Of a stretch of DNA of 26,415 nucleotides, positions 8,997-17,851 are shown piece after piece. Position numbers and translations under genes: made by a program. The stretch covers positions 1-26,415 of IMG/VR virus record IMGVR_UViG_3300037722_001361. One strand, written 5' to 3'. Within the stretch, counting starts at the first letter, position 1; each line of letters begins with the position of its first letter. This DNA comes from a virus. Its lineage: Duplodnaviria; Caudoviricetes. Under the pieces are notes generated by a model. It did no database searches, was not told the origin of the DNA, and saw only the letters and a list, made by a program, of their open reading frames with translations.

Positions 8997-9028
8997 GAAA
9001 CCAACAACCAAGCATAGGAGAATGAGGC

Positions 9029-10072
9029 ATGGCTTCGCCTTCCACCGCCATCACGCGGTTCGATCTATCGCTCACCTACCAGGAATTCTCGCTGCTGGCG
9101 AACCAGCAGAAGTTCATCGGCCTGCAGGTACTGCCACCGATCGCCGTTTCGCAAGAGGGTGCGGAGTTCGTCCGCATCGACATCGCCTCGCTGCTCTCGA
9201 AGATCGAGGACACCAAGCGGGCCCCCAAGTCGACCTACAAACGGGACGATTGGGAATGGACCAAGGACAGCTACGCCGTCGAGGAGCACGGCGTCGAGGA
9301 AGTTGTGGACGATGCCACCGTCGAAAAGTACGGCGACCTGTTGCGCACCGAGCAGATCGCCACGACCCGGGCCGTCAACCGCGTGCTGCAGCGGCTGGAA
9401 TTCGACATCGCGGCCGCCGTGTTCAACACGACCACTTGGACCGGAGCCGCCTTGACCACCACGCTCGGCACGGCCTGGACGACTGTAGCAACGGCGGACC
9501 CGATCGGTGACGTCGACGCGGCGCACGAGAAGGTGAACGTCGGCTGCGGCGAGGACGCCAATACGCTGGTGGTGACCAAGAAGAGTTTTCGGGCGATGGT
9601 TCGCACGGCACGCCTGGAAGGCCTTTTGAAATACGACGCCAGCGAACTGCTGATTGCCCTGAGCACGGGCCAGAACGAATCGATGGTCGGCCAGATCGTC
9701 AGCGGCCTGAAAGACCTGTTGCAGGTCGAGCGCATCATGGTCGGCCGAGGGTTCAAGAACACGGCCGACAAGGGGCTGCCGCCGAGCCTGTCGCGGGTGT
9801 GGGACGACACCAAGGCCATGCTGTGCGTCATTCACGACGACGGGCTGGATGGCGATCTGGAAAACCCCATGCCGCAGATCGGCCGCACGATCTTCTCGAC
9901 CAAGAACGACGAGCCGCTCCCGGGCTCGGGCGACGCAGGCTTCGGTTCGCTCATCATCGAGGAGTATCGCGAGAACCCGGTGCGCGGCGGCGTGATCCGC
10001 CCGCGGAACAAGCGGCAGGTCAAAATCCTGCACCCGCAGGCCGGGCACCTGCTGCAGGGAGTGACTGCATAG
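9029..10072 (+). CDS. Major capsid protein (lambda gpE-like, HK97 fold)
   Basis: 347 aa; FIGLQVLPPIAV, TKRAPKS, SYAVEEHGVEE, ADPIGDV, N.LVV motifs; good SD; position. Confidence 0.88.
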   Translation: MASPSTAITRFDLSLTYQEFSLLANQQKFIGLQVLPPIAVSQEGAEFVRIDIASLLSKIEDTKRAPKSTYKRDDWEWTKDSYAVEEHGVEEVVDDATVEKYGDLLRTEQIATTRAVNRVLQRLEFDIAAAVFNTTTWTGAALTTTLGTAWTTVATADPIGDVDAAHEKVNVGCGEDANTLVVTKKSFRAMVRTARLEGLLKYDASELLIALSTGQNESMVGQIVSGLKDLLQVERIMVGRGFKNTADKGLPPSLSRVWDDTKAMLCVIHDDGLDGDLENPMPQIGRTIFSTKNDEPLPGSGDAGFGSLIIEEYRENPVRGGVIRPRNKRQVKILHPQAGHLLQGVTA

Positions 10073-10129
10073 CGTCAACAGTAATGACCTAAGCCCCGGA
10101 AAACCGTCAATACCGTTGACGTTGACACG

Positions 10130-10507
10130 ATGGCATCCCAAGTCGACGAGCTTCTGGAAGTTTATGGAGCGGCGCAGCTCGAGCAGGGCTTTGGCGTCTC
10201 GGTGGTGCTGATGCGCGGCAGTCTCGAAACCGCCCCGTTCACTGCCACCTGGGAACGGGTCGAGTACGAGATCAGCGACCAGGAGGGTTTCCTCACGAAA
10301 CGAACGTCGCGGGATTTCGTATTCCCGACAGCAGCGGTCGTGCTGAGCGGTCAGACGGCGGAACCTCGAGCCGGCGATCGGCTGCGGCTCACCGAGGCAG
10401 GCACGACCCTGGAGTATGAGCTGGTGCCGATGGGTAAGCTGCCGGCGGTCGAAACCATGCCCGGCGGATATCGCTGGAAGGTGCATACCAAGAAGGTGGA
10501 GGGATGA
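10130..10507 (+). CDS. Head-tail joining protein (FII/stopper-like)
   Basis: 125 aa beta-rich, with EPRAGDRL motif typical of stopper proteins; follows the capsid gene. Confidence 0.65.
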   Translation: MASQVDELLEVYGAAQLEQGFGVSVVLMRGSLETAPFTATWERVEYEISDQEGFLTKRTSRDFVFPTAAVVLSGQTAEPRAGDRLRLTEAGTTLEYELVPMGKLPAVETMPGGYRWKVHTKKVEG

Positions 10508-10998
10508 GCGAGGCCGTCGAGGTCAGCGTGGCCAAGGCGGTGGTGACGGAACTCGCGGCCGCCACGTTGAGCCAGAAGATCACGCCGGTGCGGAGCTGGG
10601 CTGATTGGGTGCAACCGCTGGAGACCGACGACACATGCAAGGAAAACACGCTGTATGTCGACGTGGTTCCGGTGGCCACTGCCCAGGAAATCGAAGCCTC
10701 CTCACGGAGCACGCTTCGCTACACCTGCCCTATCGATATTGCCGTGCGCAAGAAGTTCGGTGCCGACCGGCAGGATCAGGACACCGGCCGGATCGCGATC
10801 GAGGAGGTCGACGCCCTGATGCTGTTGGTGCAGGAGATTCACGAACTGTTCACGCTTGCCCGAATGCAGGATTTTGGCGCGGCCGCCTGGCAAGGCACCA
10901 AGCAGCTCGTGGCGCCGCACAAGCCGCACCTGCGCGATATGCGGCAGTTCACTGGGATCGTGCGGGTGAGTTTTCGAGTGGATCGCAAGGTGGTGTGA
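10504..10998 (+). CDS. Putative tail terminator (gpU-like)
   Basis: 164 aa alpha/beta pattern; ATGA overlap with the upstream gene; position. Confidence 0.5.
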   Translation: MSEAVEVSVAKAVVTELAAATLSQKITPVRSWADWVQPLETDDTCKENTLYVDVVPVATAQEIEASSRSTLRYTCPIDIAVRKKFGADRQDQDTGRIAIEEVDALMLLVQEIHELFTLARMQDFGAAAWQGTKQLVAPHKPHLRDMRQFTGIVRVSFRVDRKVV

Positions 10999-10999
10999 G

Positions 11000-11389
11000 A
11001 TGTTTGGCCTGAAATTCAAACTGCTGAACCTGACGGAGCGCGTGAAGGCTGCCGCCGATAAGGCTGCGTTTCGCAGCTTCAGCCACGCCGCTGCGTCGAT
11101 CCGCAAGGACGCCGTCGCCTCGATCGAAGTTTCGCCAGAACCCTCGCCGCCGGGCGATCCGCCGCACACCCGGCGTCGACTCCTGCCGCGCGCCATGCGA
11201 TTCGCCGTCGACAAGCAAGGGGCTGTCATTGGCCCGATGGCCAGCATGGCCGGCCAGGTCGGCGGCACCCATGAGTTTGGTGGCCAGTACAAGGGCGAGC
11301 AGTACCCCGAGCGGCCGTTCATGTTCCCCGCGCTTGAGCGGGGCGTGCCGCGCTTCGCGGGCCAGTGGAGAGGTTCGATCGGAGAGTAA
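11000..11389 (+). CDS. Tail completion / neck protein (HK97 gp10-like)
   Basis: Basic 129 aa with SPPGDPPHTR, HEFGG and YPERPFMFPALE motifs. Confidence 0.75.
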   Translation: MFGLKFKLLNLTERVKAAADKAAFRSFSHAAASIRKDAVASIEVSPEPSPPGDPPHTRRRLLPRAMRFAVDKQGAVIGPMASMAGQVGGTHEFGGQYKGEQYPERPFMFPALERGVPRFAGQWRGSIGE

Positions 11390-11392
11390 ACC

Positions 11393-11824
11393 ATGTCGAA
11401 TATCAAGATGGGCTTTGAGGGGCAGGTCTACTTTAGCGCCACACCCGGCGCGACGGCCACCACGCTGCTCGAAAACGTCAAGGACGCCAACTACAACTTC
11501 GACGTCGAAAAGGGGGATACGACCGTCCGCGGCGACGGCACCGTGCCACCCCCCAAGACCGAGGACGTCACGATCCGCAATGGAACGATCGACTTCACGA
11601 TGATCAAGGACACGACGGATACGGCGCTCGAAGCCCTGCTTACGGCCGTGTATGCCGGCGCCGGCGTTGCGATCCGCATGAAGGATTTCGCGGCCGGCAA
11701 AGGCTATGACGGCGACTGCACGGGAACCGTCTCGCGTGGCAAGCCCTTGAACGGCGAGCAGACGCTGCAATTCAACTTCACACCCAGCCGAAGCTACGGC
11801 CGCGCGCCGCAGTTCTACGTCTGA
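11393..11824 (+). CDS. Major tail (tube) protein
   Basis: 143 aa, Thr/Gly-rich beta protein; GGAG SD; position between connectors and chaperone. Confidence 0.65.
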   Translation: MSNIKMGFEGQVYFSATPGATATTLLENVKDANYNFDVEKGDTTVRGDGTVPPPKTEDVTIRNGTIDFTMIKDTTDTALEALLTAVYAGAGVAIRMKDFAAGKGYDGDCTGTVSRGKPLNGEQTLQFNFTPSRSYGRAPQFYV

Positions 11825-11843
11825 GCCAGGAGTCTCCGAACCA

Positions 11844-12479
11844 ATGCCAACACTCAACTACAGCGTCGCGGTCTCCGGGCTGGGCGGCAACATTGCGCAA
11901 TCGATCCCTCGCTCGGCCGACGCCGGCGGCATCCGCGAGATCGATCTGCCGGTCGGCAAAGCCGGCACGCTCCCCACGCGGACCGACGACAACACCGGCA
12001 CGATCACCATGAGCGACGCCGGCCACGGCATTCAAACCGGGGCGAACGTCGACGTCTATTGGGACGGCGGCGTGCAATACGACGTCACGGTGGGCACCGT
12101 AATCGGAACCACAGTCCCGATCGACCTGGGATCTGGCGACGTGCTGCCGACCGATACGCCTCCCACGGCGGTCATCGTGAGTCTGCGGACGCAGATCAAC
12201 CTCGATATCGACGGCGACAACCTGGTCTTGCTGGCGGTCAAGCAGAAGTACAACTCGAACACGATTGCGGCCGACTCGCATGTCGACTTTCAGGACTCGG
12301 GTAGCGCCGAGATCGCCGAGGTGGACCTGGAGGCCAACGGGCCGCAGGTGTGGGATATCGCCGGCGGCTCGGCCAATCCCTTCACCGGTAACCCGATCAC
12401 CAAGGCGTTCGCCTCGAACGGATCGACAACCGACGTGGCCACGCTTCAGCTGCTGTGGCTGCAGGATTCAACGCCGTAA
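11844..12479 (+). CDS. Acidic beta-rich virion structural protein, function unknown
   Basis: 211 aa, D/G/T-rich; AGGAG SD; phage-like codon usage; within the tail operon. Confidence 0.7.
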   Translation: MPTLNYSVAVSGLGGNIAQSIPRSADAGGIREIDLPVGKAGTLPTRTDDNTGTITMSDAGHGIQTGANVDVYWDGGVQYDVTVGTVIGTTVPIDLGSGDVLPTDTPPTAVIVSLRTQINLDIDGDNLVLLAVKQKYNSNTIAADSHVDFQDSGSAEIAEVDLEANGPQVWDIAGGSANPFTGNPITKAFASNGSTTDVATLQLLWLQDSTP

Positions 12480-12490
12480 GGAGGGACGAA

Positions 12491-12667
12491 ATGATTAAAG
12501 TCTACGCCTGCCTTGTGTGTGGCCGTCCACGTGCTGACAAGGAGATGGTTCGTGGCCGGTGTCTCTATTGCCAACTGACCGAGGATACTTTCGACCGCCA
12601 AGATCGCCAGAACTATCGCCGCGACGATCGCCGCCGCCGACTGCTCAAGCCCACTCCCTCATCCTGA
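12491..12667 (+). CDS. Small CxxC...CxxC zinc-finger-like protein (58 aa)
   Basis: AAGGAGG SD upstream of ATG 12491; MIKVYACLVCGRPRADKEMVRGRCLYC...; fills the gap between two tail genes. Confidence 0.55.
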   Translation: MIKVYACLVCGRPRADKEMVRGRCLYCQLTEDTFDRQDRQNYRRDDRRRRLLKPTPSS

Positions 12668-12668
12668 T

Positions 12669-13205
12669 ATGCGAACGTTTCTCGATAACCAGCAGCAACA
12701 GTGGTCGATCACGATCGACGCGCCGACGATCCTGCGGGTGCGCGCCGGCACGTGTGATGTGGCGAACTGCAAACACCTCATGGGCTCCGGCTGCACCGGG
12801 GTCGATATTGGCGACCCAGAGGAAAGCTGGAGGTCACGCTGCCGTCGCGACGTCGTGCTGCTGGTCAATACGATCTACCTTGTCTGCCAGCCTGAGGCGC
12901 ACGGCAGAGGCGTCACGGATGCACAATTTGGGGCCCTAATTGTGGGTGACGCGATCAAAAGCGCCACCATCGCGATGGACGAGGCCATCGCCGATTTTTT
13001 CCCGGAGGAGAACCGGGTGATTCTGCGCGCGCTGACGGCCAAGGACGAGGAGGTCCGCAAGCTGGGGATGGAGCGGGCGCTGGCCAGAATCAACGATCCG
13101 AAACTGGCCAGGGAGTTCGTGGCAGCGCTGGAAGCACAACTGGACGAGGAAATGAAAAACCTGTTGACCCGGTCGAGCTCTGCTACGAGTTCGCCGGCAT
13201 CGTAG
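12669..13205 (+). CDS. Tail assembly chaperone (gpG-like)
   Basis: Helical 178 aa upstream of the tape measure gene, followed by an overlapping -1 frame. Confidence 0.7.
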   Translation: MRTFLDNQQQQWSITIDAPTILRVRAGTCDVANCKHLMGSGCTGVDIGDPEESWRSRCRRDVVLLVNTIYLVCQPEAHGRGVTDAQFGALIVGDAIKSATIAMDEAIADFFPEENRVILRALTAKDEEVRKLGMERALARINDPKLAREFVAALEAQLDEEMKNLLTRSSSATSSPAS

Positions 13206-13357
13206 GCATCCACCCCGATGGCCGCTCGCTGCGCGAGCTGTACATGATGGCCAAGGGCAAGGCGCGGTTCCTGGGTGCGACGTCCGCGGGCGAGCCCACG
13301 ACCGAAGTCATTCCTTACAACCCGGCAATCCTGCAGGCGGCAGCAGGAGCGATGTGA
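13154..13357 (+). CDS. gpT-like C-terminal extension reached by a -1 frameshift (G-T fusion 12669-13357)
   Basis: After ATG AAA AAC (13152-13160) the -1 frame reads PVDPVELCYEFAGIVGIHPDGRSLRELYMMAKGK...GAM* with GC3-rich codons and no good independent start. Confidence 0.7.
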   Translation, partial: EKPVDPVELCYEFAGIVGIHPDGRSLRELYMMAKGKARFLGATSAGEPTTEVIPYNPAILQAAAGAM

Positions 13358-13399
13358 CTCAACAGCTGAAATCGATTTTCGGGGGCGAGACCGAAATTC

Positions 13400-13756
13400 C
13401 TAAAAGTTTGGCTCTGGCAAATTCAGAATCTGCCATGCGGTCGCTAATCCAAAGGCGAGAACGGCGGAGGCCATGACGGCAAATAACAGCGTGCGCGTGC
13501 CGAATCGCCATGTGGCTCTTTTCGGCAGTCCATTAGCCGCAAGATCGACAACAAGGCCGACAACTAGGCCAGCAATTGCGCCGCCGAGCGTCCATTTCAC
13601 GCCTGCGACTTCCATTTGCTGGAGCCTGATTCCGCGTCGACCTGCTTCTGGGTCTTGCGCGTACGGCACCAGTAAGAAGGGAATCAGAACTCCTCCCAAC
13701 AAAGTGAAGGACGCCACAATCCCATGTTTAGCACGACGGCCGTTGGTGTTGCTCAC
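13400..13756 (-). CDS. Small membrane protein with three hydrophobic segments; moron
   Basis: Opposite strand, lower GC, three predicted TM helices; sits between the chaperone and tape measure genes. Confidence 0.7.
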   Translation of the reverse strand: MSNTNGRRAKHGIVASFTLLGGVLIPFLLVPYAQDPEAGRRGIRLQQMEVAGVKWTLGGAIAGLVVGLVVDLAANGLPKRATWRFGTRTLLFAVMASAVLAFGLATAWQILNLPEPNF

Positions 13757-13762
13757 TCTGAC

Positions 13763-13768
13763 ATTATA
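13763..13768 (-). promoter_or_regulatory. Consensus -10 box TATAAT for a leaderless moron transcript
   Basis: TATAAT on the - strand ends 6 nt before the GTG start at 13756; no SD and no clear -35. Confidence 0.55.
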
Positions 13769-13806
13769 ACCGGCCGCGATTACTGACCCCGCCGCGCGAT
13801 CTGAAA

Positions 13807-15495
13807 ATGCCTGGACGAAGCGACATAAAGGCGGGAGGCGCGTACGTCGAACTGACGCTGCGCAATCCCCTGTTCCTGGCCGGGCTGAAAGGCGCGATGC
13901 GGCACCTGGGCGGTTTTACACGGCAACTGTTCAGCCTCAAGGGATTGCTGGCGACCGTTGGCGGCACGGCTGGCCTGGGCCTGGCTCTGCGCTCGTTCAT
14001 GAAGACGGGCGACGAGCTCGACAAGATGCGTCAGCGAACCGGTCTCTCGGTCGAGACGCTTTCGGAGCTGCGGCACGCGGCCGACCAGTCGGGCAGTTCG
14101 ATTCAGGATCTGGAAAACGGCATCCGCAAGATGCAGCGCGAGATCGGCAAGGCCGGCAAGCCGTCCATCGAAACGACTGATGCCCTGGCCGCCCTGGGGC
14201 TCACGCTGTCGCAGTTGCAGGCCATGTCGCCCGATCAACAGTTCGACACGATCGCCAAGAAGATCGGCGCGGTGACCGACCCGACGAAGCGGGCCGCCCT
14301 GGCAATGCAGTTCTTCGGCAAAAGCGGTACGAAGCTGCTGCCTATGATCGAGGACATGGAGGCGCTGCGTGCCGAAGCCCGCGAGATGGGCTTTGTGATG
14401 AGCGGCCAAGGGGCGGCCAACGCGGTGAAGCTGGGCGACAAGCTCGCCAACCTTTGGAAGACGGTCAAGTTCGGCGCCATCGCCATCGGTGAAACCCTGG
14501 CGCCGGCCATGATGAAGTTCGTCGAGATGGTCCAGCCCATCGCCACGGCCACGCTCAAGTGGATGCAATCGATCCGCGACGCGATCCTGGGCGGCCAGAT
14601 CGAACTGGCCGGCAAGATCGCCTTCGCCGGCCTGCGCATCGCGGCTCTGCAAGGCGTCGTCGCGCTGTCCGATGCCGTGGGCGGCGCCGTGGGTGATTTC
14701 CTGGGGTCGATCGGCAGCAAGTTCATCGGCGGTGATTTTCAAGGGGCGTGGAACGACGCCGTCGCCGGCATGCTGGAAACGTGGAGCAACTTCTCGCAGG
14801 GCATTGTCGAGGTCTTTGGTGTGGCCGCCAACTTCATCCTCGACCAGTGGCAGAAGATCGAAAACACGATCACCGATTTCTTGCTCAAGAACGCGGCCGA
14901 GGGAGGCATCTTTGGCAAGCTGGCGCTGGCCGGTACCGGAATTGACTTCCAGAAGGAGGTCGAGCGCGGCAAGCGCATTGCGCAGCGCCAGCGGGAGTTG
15001 GGCATTGCGACCGGCAAGGACACACTGACCGAAGCCCAGCAGACGGCCCGTTCGATCACCGCCGGCCGAGCCGATGCCGCTCGCGAAAAGCTCAACGCGG
15101 CCATCGATGCCATGCGGGCCGCTGCCGAACAGAACGCCGAGGAAGCCCGCCGCCGTCGCGAGCAGCAGACGGGAGGCGGTGCCAGCCGGGCGCAGGACGC
15201 ACTGGCCCAGGCCCAAGCCGAGCTCGATGCACTTCGCGCTCAGATCAAGCAGCAGCAGGCCGAGGCCGAGGTTCCCGGCGCGGCTGGTGTTGGTGGGGCC
15301 GCCGACATTGGCAACCTGCGCAACCAGGTGGCCGTCACGTTCTCCGCAGCCGCCGCTGCGGCCCTGGGCGGCGGCGGTTCGCCCGTCGAGCGTATGGCCC
15401 GCACGCTCGAGGAAATTCGGGCCGTCAACCGCCAGCAATACGAGGAGCAGAAAGAACTGCGCCGCAAACTGGCCGAAGGAGCAGTCGTCGCGTAA
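13807..15495 (+). CDS. Tail tape measure protein (562 aa)
   Basis: Ala/Gly/Leu-rich helical; AGGAYVEL N-terminus, GDELDKMRQRTGLSVETLSEL and AMQFFGKSGTKLLPM tape-measure motifs. Confidence 0.88.
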   Translation: MPGRSDIKAGGAYVELTLRNPLFLAGLKGAMRHLGGFTRQLFSLKGLLATVGGTAGLGLALRSFMKTGDELDKMRQRTGLSVETLSELRHAADQSGSSIQDLENGIRKMQREIGKAGKPSIETTDALAALGLTLSQLQAMSPDQQFDTIAKKIGAVTDPTKRAALAMQFFGKSGTKLLPMIEDMEALRAEAREMGFVMSGQGAANAVKLGDKLANLWKTVKFGAIAIGETLAPAMMKFVEMVQPIATATLKWMQSIRDAILGGQIELAGKIAFAGLRIAALQGVVALSDAVGGAVGDFLGSIGSKFIGGDFQGAWNDAVAGMLETWSNFSQGIVEVFGVAANFILDQWQKIENTITDFLLKNAAEGGIFGKLALAGTGIDFQKEVERGKRIAQRQRELGIATGKDTLTEAQQTARSITAGRADAAREKLNAAIDAMRAAAEQNAEEARRRREQQTGGGASRAQDALAQAQAELDALRAQIKQQQAEAEVPGAAGVGGAADIGNLRNQVAVTFSAAAAAALGGGGSPVERMARTLEEIRAVNRQQYEEQKELRRKLAEGAVVA

Positions 15496-16298
15496 TGCCT
15501 GAGCTGTTCGAATTCAACGAGCGTCCCGACTCGCGGGCCTGGACCACCGATCCGCCGAGCGTCACCTACCGCTACAAGGCCAGCGGCCAGCACGACGACG
15601 GGATCGTGCGTGCCTACGCGCTCAGTGCCACGCCGCTGGTAGTGTTCGCCGACGTCGGCACGCTCTTTCGCGGCAACGTCCAGATCGACCCTGACGGCCA
15701 CAAGCAATACGTGGTCAGCGTCCCCTACGGGCCCCGCAAACGCGAGACCGGCTCGTCGACCTTCCGCTTTGACACCACCGGCGCGACGATCAACGTCAAG
15801 GCAGCGAAGGAGCACATGGGCTCGTATCCGCCTGGAGCTCCGGCGGACCCGCACAAGGCGGCGATCGGTGTCACCAAGGACGGCAAGGTTGAGGGGGCGG
15901 ACATTATTATCCCGGCCCTCAAGCTGATCTACACCTTCAAGCACCCCGCCGGCGTGATCAACGAAGGCCACGCCCGGGCGCTGGCCGGCGTCACCGGGAT
16001 GACCAATGCTGCCCCATTCCGCGGCTTCGCGGCCGGCGAGCTGCTCTACATCGGCAGTACCGGCGAAGACGGAACAGAAACCGAGGCTTCGGTCGACTAT
16101 TCCCTGGTGGCCAGCAAGAACGTCACCGATCTGCGCGTGGGTGACGTCCTGAACATCGTCAAGGGTGGCCATCACCTACTGTGGATCGAGTTCAAGAACG
16201 AGGTCGAGTCCGGCAAGCCGGCCGTGCAGCCGGAGCGCGTGCACATCGAGCGCGTCTATGATCCCGTCGATTTCGCTGCCGCCTTCGGCTGGAGCTGA
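15495..16298 (+). CDS. Tail tip / distal tail-like protein
   Basis: 267 aa beta-rich, TAATG-coupled to the tape measure gene; function inferred from position. Confidence 0.6.
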   Translation: MPELFEFNERPDSRAWTTDPPSVTYRYKASGQHDDGIVRAYALSATPLVVFADVGTLFRGNVQIDPDGHKQYVVSVPYGPRKRETGSSTFRFDTTGATINVKAAKEHMGSYPPGAPADPHKAAIGVTKDGKVEGADIIIPALKLIYTFKHPAGVINEGHARALAGVTGMTNAAPFRGFAAGELLYIGSTGEDGTETEASVDYSLVASKNVTDLRVGDVLNIVKGGHHLLWIEFKNEVESGKPAVQPERVHIERVYDPVDFAAAFGWS

Positions 16299-16300
16299 GC

Positions 16301-17851
16301 ATGGCTTGGGAAAAAGTCGCCGCTGGCCAGAAGCTCAGGCAAACGCCGATCCATCACGCCGGCTACATCAACGACACGATCGATGTCGTCAATGCACACA
16401 AGGAAGGTCGGCTGCAGGGGCCCAGCAGTTCCCGTCAAGGCTCTCAATCCCGCGTTCAAGTCGAGGTTCGCAATCTGACGGGCGGCGACCTGGGGCGTGG
16501 CCAACTTGTCCAACTCGGGGCGCACCTGCTCACGGACGTCTCGGAAGAGCATCCGTGGTTCGAAGGCAATACGGTTGCCGATCCGGTCCGCAGCAGGTTC
16601 GCAATCCTCAACCGGCCCCTCAAGGCTGGCGAGATCGGACCAGCACAGATCGCCGGTGTCTGCCTGGCCTACATCTTTATCCTCGACACGGCTCACAAAC
16701 ACGCGGTGCCGTCGGACGGCGCTACCGTACTGGTTTCGAGCAAAGTAGGCCCGGTGGAACTCCTCATGCCGGCGCCCGGGCTGGGCCTGAGGCACGTGTG
16801 GGTCAAGCTCGATCACAAGGAGAACTACTGCTACCACGTGACCCTCGGCGCGGGCATCTCCGCCGGCGGCAGCGGCAGCGTGCTTCTGCCCGACAACACA
16901 ACGATCACGGCCGTCAACTGGTCCGCCGATACGGCGCTCTCGTCCGGCGACCGCTGCCTGTGCTTCAAAGACCTGGTCGACGACACCTACTGCCTCATCA
17001 AGACCGGCGGTCAGTCGCAGACGAAGATCTGGCATTCCGCAGCCAATGCCAACATCGCGGCCGGCGCCAGCGGCGGCGTCACGCTCTCGACGGGCGCAAT
17101 CGTCACGGCGACGAACTGGTCCAATGACGTCGACATCAACACCTCGGACAAGATTCACGTCTACCAGGACCCGTTCGATAGCCTCTATTACGCGATCAAG
17201 TCGGGCGGCGGCAGTGGCGTCCGTCGCTTCAAGGGCAACCTGTACACAAACCTCACCCACACGGATGCCACGGCCCAAGTTACGAACCTCGCGGCCCTGG
17301 ACGGGGCGGGCGGGCTTCCGGCAACGCCGTTGACCGTCGTGAATCTGTTCGACCTGGCCGGCGAGACCGGCGACGACGTGTTGTTGACGGAGGATTTATC
17401 GGGTGAAGGCACCCAGTACCTCTTGGAGCAGATCAAGCACAAGGCCATCGAAGACGTGATTGACGTAAAGACGGATGACGATTTTGACCCGACGAAGATC
17501 CAGCAGACCAAGCGAACGATTCTGGGCGTGGCCGGCATGGACGACGCCGAGGATGAGGATGTCTTGGAATGGAGCACGATCAATCTCGTTCAGAACGTGG
17601 CGGTCGACAGCACCAGCGATCCCACGAAGCTCTACGAAACCTTCGTGATCGTTCCCGTCCTGCCACGCACCACCTACAGCCCGAGCAACAGCGACATCGT
17701 CGACCTGGAGGATGTCGAGGTCGATACCGACGTCAAGACCGACAGCCCAGGCAACCCGACGAAGCTGCAGCAGACCAAGCGGACGATCAAGTCGTTCCCC
17801 AAGCCCGACGACTCGGCCGACAGCGACATCATCGGCATCGAGGAGTGCTGA
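16301..17851 (+). CDS. Tail spike/fibre-like protein with two sets of internal repeats
   Basis: 516 aa; duplicated ~60-aa unit (TAVNWS/TATNWS...IKTGG/IKSGG) and three acidic ~45-aa units containing PTK(I/L). Confidence 0.6.
   Translation: MAWEKVAAGQKLRQTPIHHAGYINDTIDVVNAHKEGRLQGPSSSRQGSQSRVQVEVRNLTGGDLGRGQLVQLGAHLLTDVSEEHPWFEGNTVADPVRSRFAILNRPLKAGEIGPAQIAGVCLAYIFILDTAHKHAVPSDGATVLVSSKVGPVELLMPAPGLGLRHVWVKLDHKENYCYHVTLGAGISAGGSGSVLLPDNTTITAVNWSADTALSSGDRCLCFKDLVDDTYCLIKTGGQSQTKIWHSAANANIAAGASGGVTLSTGAIVTATNWSNDVDINTSDKIHVYQDPFDSLYYAIKSGGGSGVRRFKGNLYTNLTHTDATAQVTNLAALDGAGGLPATPLTVVNLFDLAGETGDDVLLTEDLSGEGTQYLLEQIKHKAIEDVIDVKTDDDFDPTKIQQTKRTILGVAGMDDAEDEDVLEWSTINLVQNVAVDSTSDPTKLYETFVIVPVLPRTTYSPSNSDIVDLEDVEVDTDVKTDSPGNPTKLQQTKRTIKSFPKPDDSADSDIIGIEEC

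Noticed and set aside
10073-10129. CGTCAA/TTGACG inverted repeats after the capsid gene as a terminator or operator
   Set aside because: Only 6-7 bp stems with no U tract; too weak to call.
7381-15438. Long antisense ORFs (7381-8646, 9065-10486, 13780-15438 and others)
   Set aside because: Shadow frames of GC3-rich genes with no motifs or SD.
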